DNA from: Trichodesmium erythraeum IMS101
Lineage (GTDB): Bacteria; Cyanobacteriota; Cyanobacteriia; Cyanobacteriales; Microcoleaceae
NCBI RefSeq assembly: GCF_000014265.1
Contig: NC_008312.1
Span: 900,001-932,000, forward strand
Length of the DNA: 32,000 bases
Direction: 5' to 3'
Part shown: in pieces, positions 31,136 through 32,000 of the stretch
Position numbering within the stretch: position 1 is the first letter of the stretch
Layout of the letters: each line of letters opens with the position of its first letter
Translations under genes and position numbers: made by a program
Notes under the pieces: generated by a model
The model's input: the letters and a program-made list of their open reading frames with translations, nothing else
The model's database searches: none
What the model was told of the DNA's origin: nothing

Positions 31136-31528
31136 CTCTTAGATGGGAAGAATTTAATTAAAAAATAGGGATAAACTTAGTGCTAGTTTGCGATCGCTAT
31201 TTGATATTATAACAACCATTATCCTATAATAAATTATATGTAAAATTTGACATTTATACATAATTGAAATTTGTAGAAATTTAATCTCCAAATCTCTACC
31301 TAGTAAATAGATTAGTTTAATTATCTGAGCTATATTTCCTGAAAGCAAAAAATAATAATTAGGGCAATAGACCCAATTTCTTTTTTTGTACTTAATATCA
31401 TTTATCTTTGAATACCCACTTTGGAAAACTCTAGGGAATGGGGAATAGAAAGTAAAACGAATAATTTTTGCTTTCTAACCCACCCTAAAAAAATCTATAA
31501 ACAAATTCTTAACTGAACCGTATTGACT

Positions 31529-32000
31529 TTAAATTCGACTTAACAATTTACTGGCATAGAGTTCTTTTGGCATATCCTCAACTCTAGCTCCTTGCTGGTG
31601 CAGCTCTAGCTTCATATCCTTGGACAAACCGATAGCAAGAGCAAATTTTGTCTCAGTCACATTCACTTTAGTTATCTTTATATCTCTGAGGTCAGCACCA
31701 CTTAAATTGGCACCACTCAAATTAGTACCAATTAAAGTTGCTTTATGTAAATTAGTACGACTCATGTCAGCATAACTGAGATGAGCATAACTTAAAATTG
31801 CCCCACTCAAATCTGCAGCACTTAAGTCAGCCCCACTTAAATCTGCACCAGTTAAATTTGCACGAGTTAGGTTAGCACCACTCAAATTTGCACCACTCAA
31901 ATTTGCACCATATAAATTAGCACCTATCAAAGTAGAATTATACAGATTAATACCAATCAAATTCGCTCTAAATAGATTAGCTCGGAACAAGTTAGCACGA
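31529..32000 (-). CDS. Pentapeptide-repeat protein; N-terminus runs off the window end
   Basis: Continuous A(N/D)L(S/T)G pentads (ANLSGANLSGANLTRANLTGADLSGADLSAADLSG...). The frame stays open and repeat-like (..RAN) upstream of the TTG at 31990, up to nt 32000. Confidence 0.85.
   Translation of the reverse strand, partial: RANLFRANLFRANLIGINLYNSTLIGANLYGANLSGANLSGANLTRANLTGADLSGADLSAADLSGAILSYAHLSYADMSRTNLHKATLIGTNLSGANLSGADLRDIKITKVNVTETKFALAIGLSKDMKLELHQQGARVEDMPKELYASKLLSRI

Noticed and set aside
31154-31348. 64-aa minus-strand ORF
   Set aside because: It is an AT-rich, I/L/Y/K-dominated product in an intergenic region. It has no motif or start context and is probably spurious.

Overview
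Low-GC DNA that looks cyanobacterial. By eye I found seven perfect HIP1 octamers (GCGATCGC) at 3599, 14621, 23757, 27423, 27863, 30335 and 31190. I would expect roughly 0.1 by chance in 32 kb at about 36% GC (my own rough estimate). About 74% of the window (1-23706) is a head-to-tail array of at least three ~10.9-kb units. Each unit holds one giant gene (3420 aa and 3368 aa for the two complete copies) and is followed by a non-coding stretch; the two internal 678-bp spacers look identical, and the stretch after the last copy diverges after ~30 nt. Each giant protein has, in order: a Sec signal peptide, a two-partner-secretion (TPS / haemagglutination-activity) domain, a long beta-helix-like stalk, an embedded proprotein-convertase P-domain, several nested tandem-repeat arrays, an Asn-rich linker, and a C-terminal CHAT (caspase-like) protease domain with an intact His/Cys dyad. 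Copy A (only its 3' 1950 nt are in the window) matches copy B everywhere I compared them. Copy C is a patchwork of long identical tracts and sharply diverged patches: the P-domain, the loop-bearing repeats, and a differently amplified repeat array. No TpsB transporter or immunity-like gene is visible. The array ends in relics of an older cadherin-type exoprotein gene and a decayed IS630-family element. The last ~7 kb is ordinary chromosome: a hypothetical protein, a Rieske oxygenase, a catalytically degenerate HisRS-like paralogue next to a long-form hisG, a small ferredoxin, and a pentapeptide-repeat protein. All homology calls rest on motif recognition by eye, with no searches run. Coordinates of sub-gene features are approximate (+/- a few nt).
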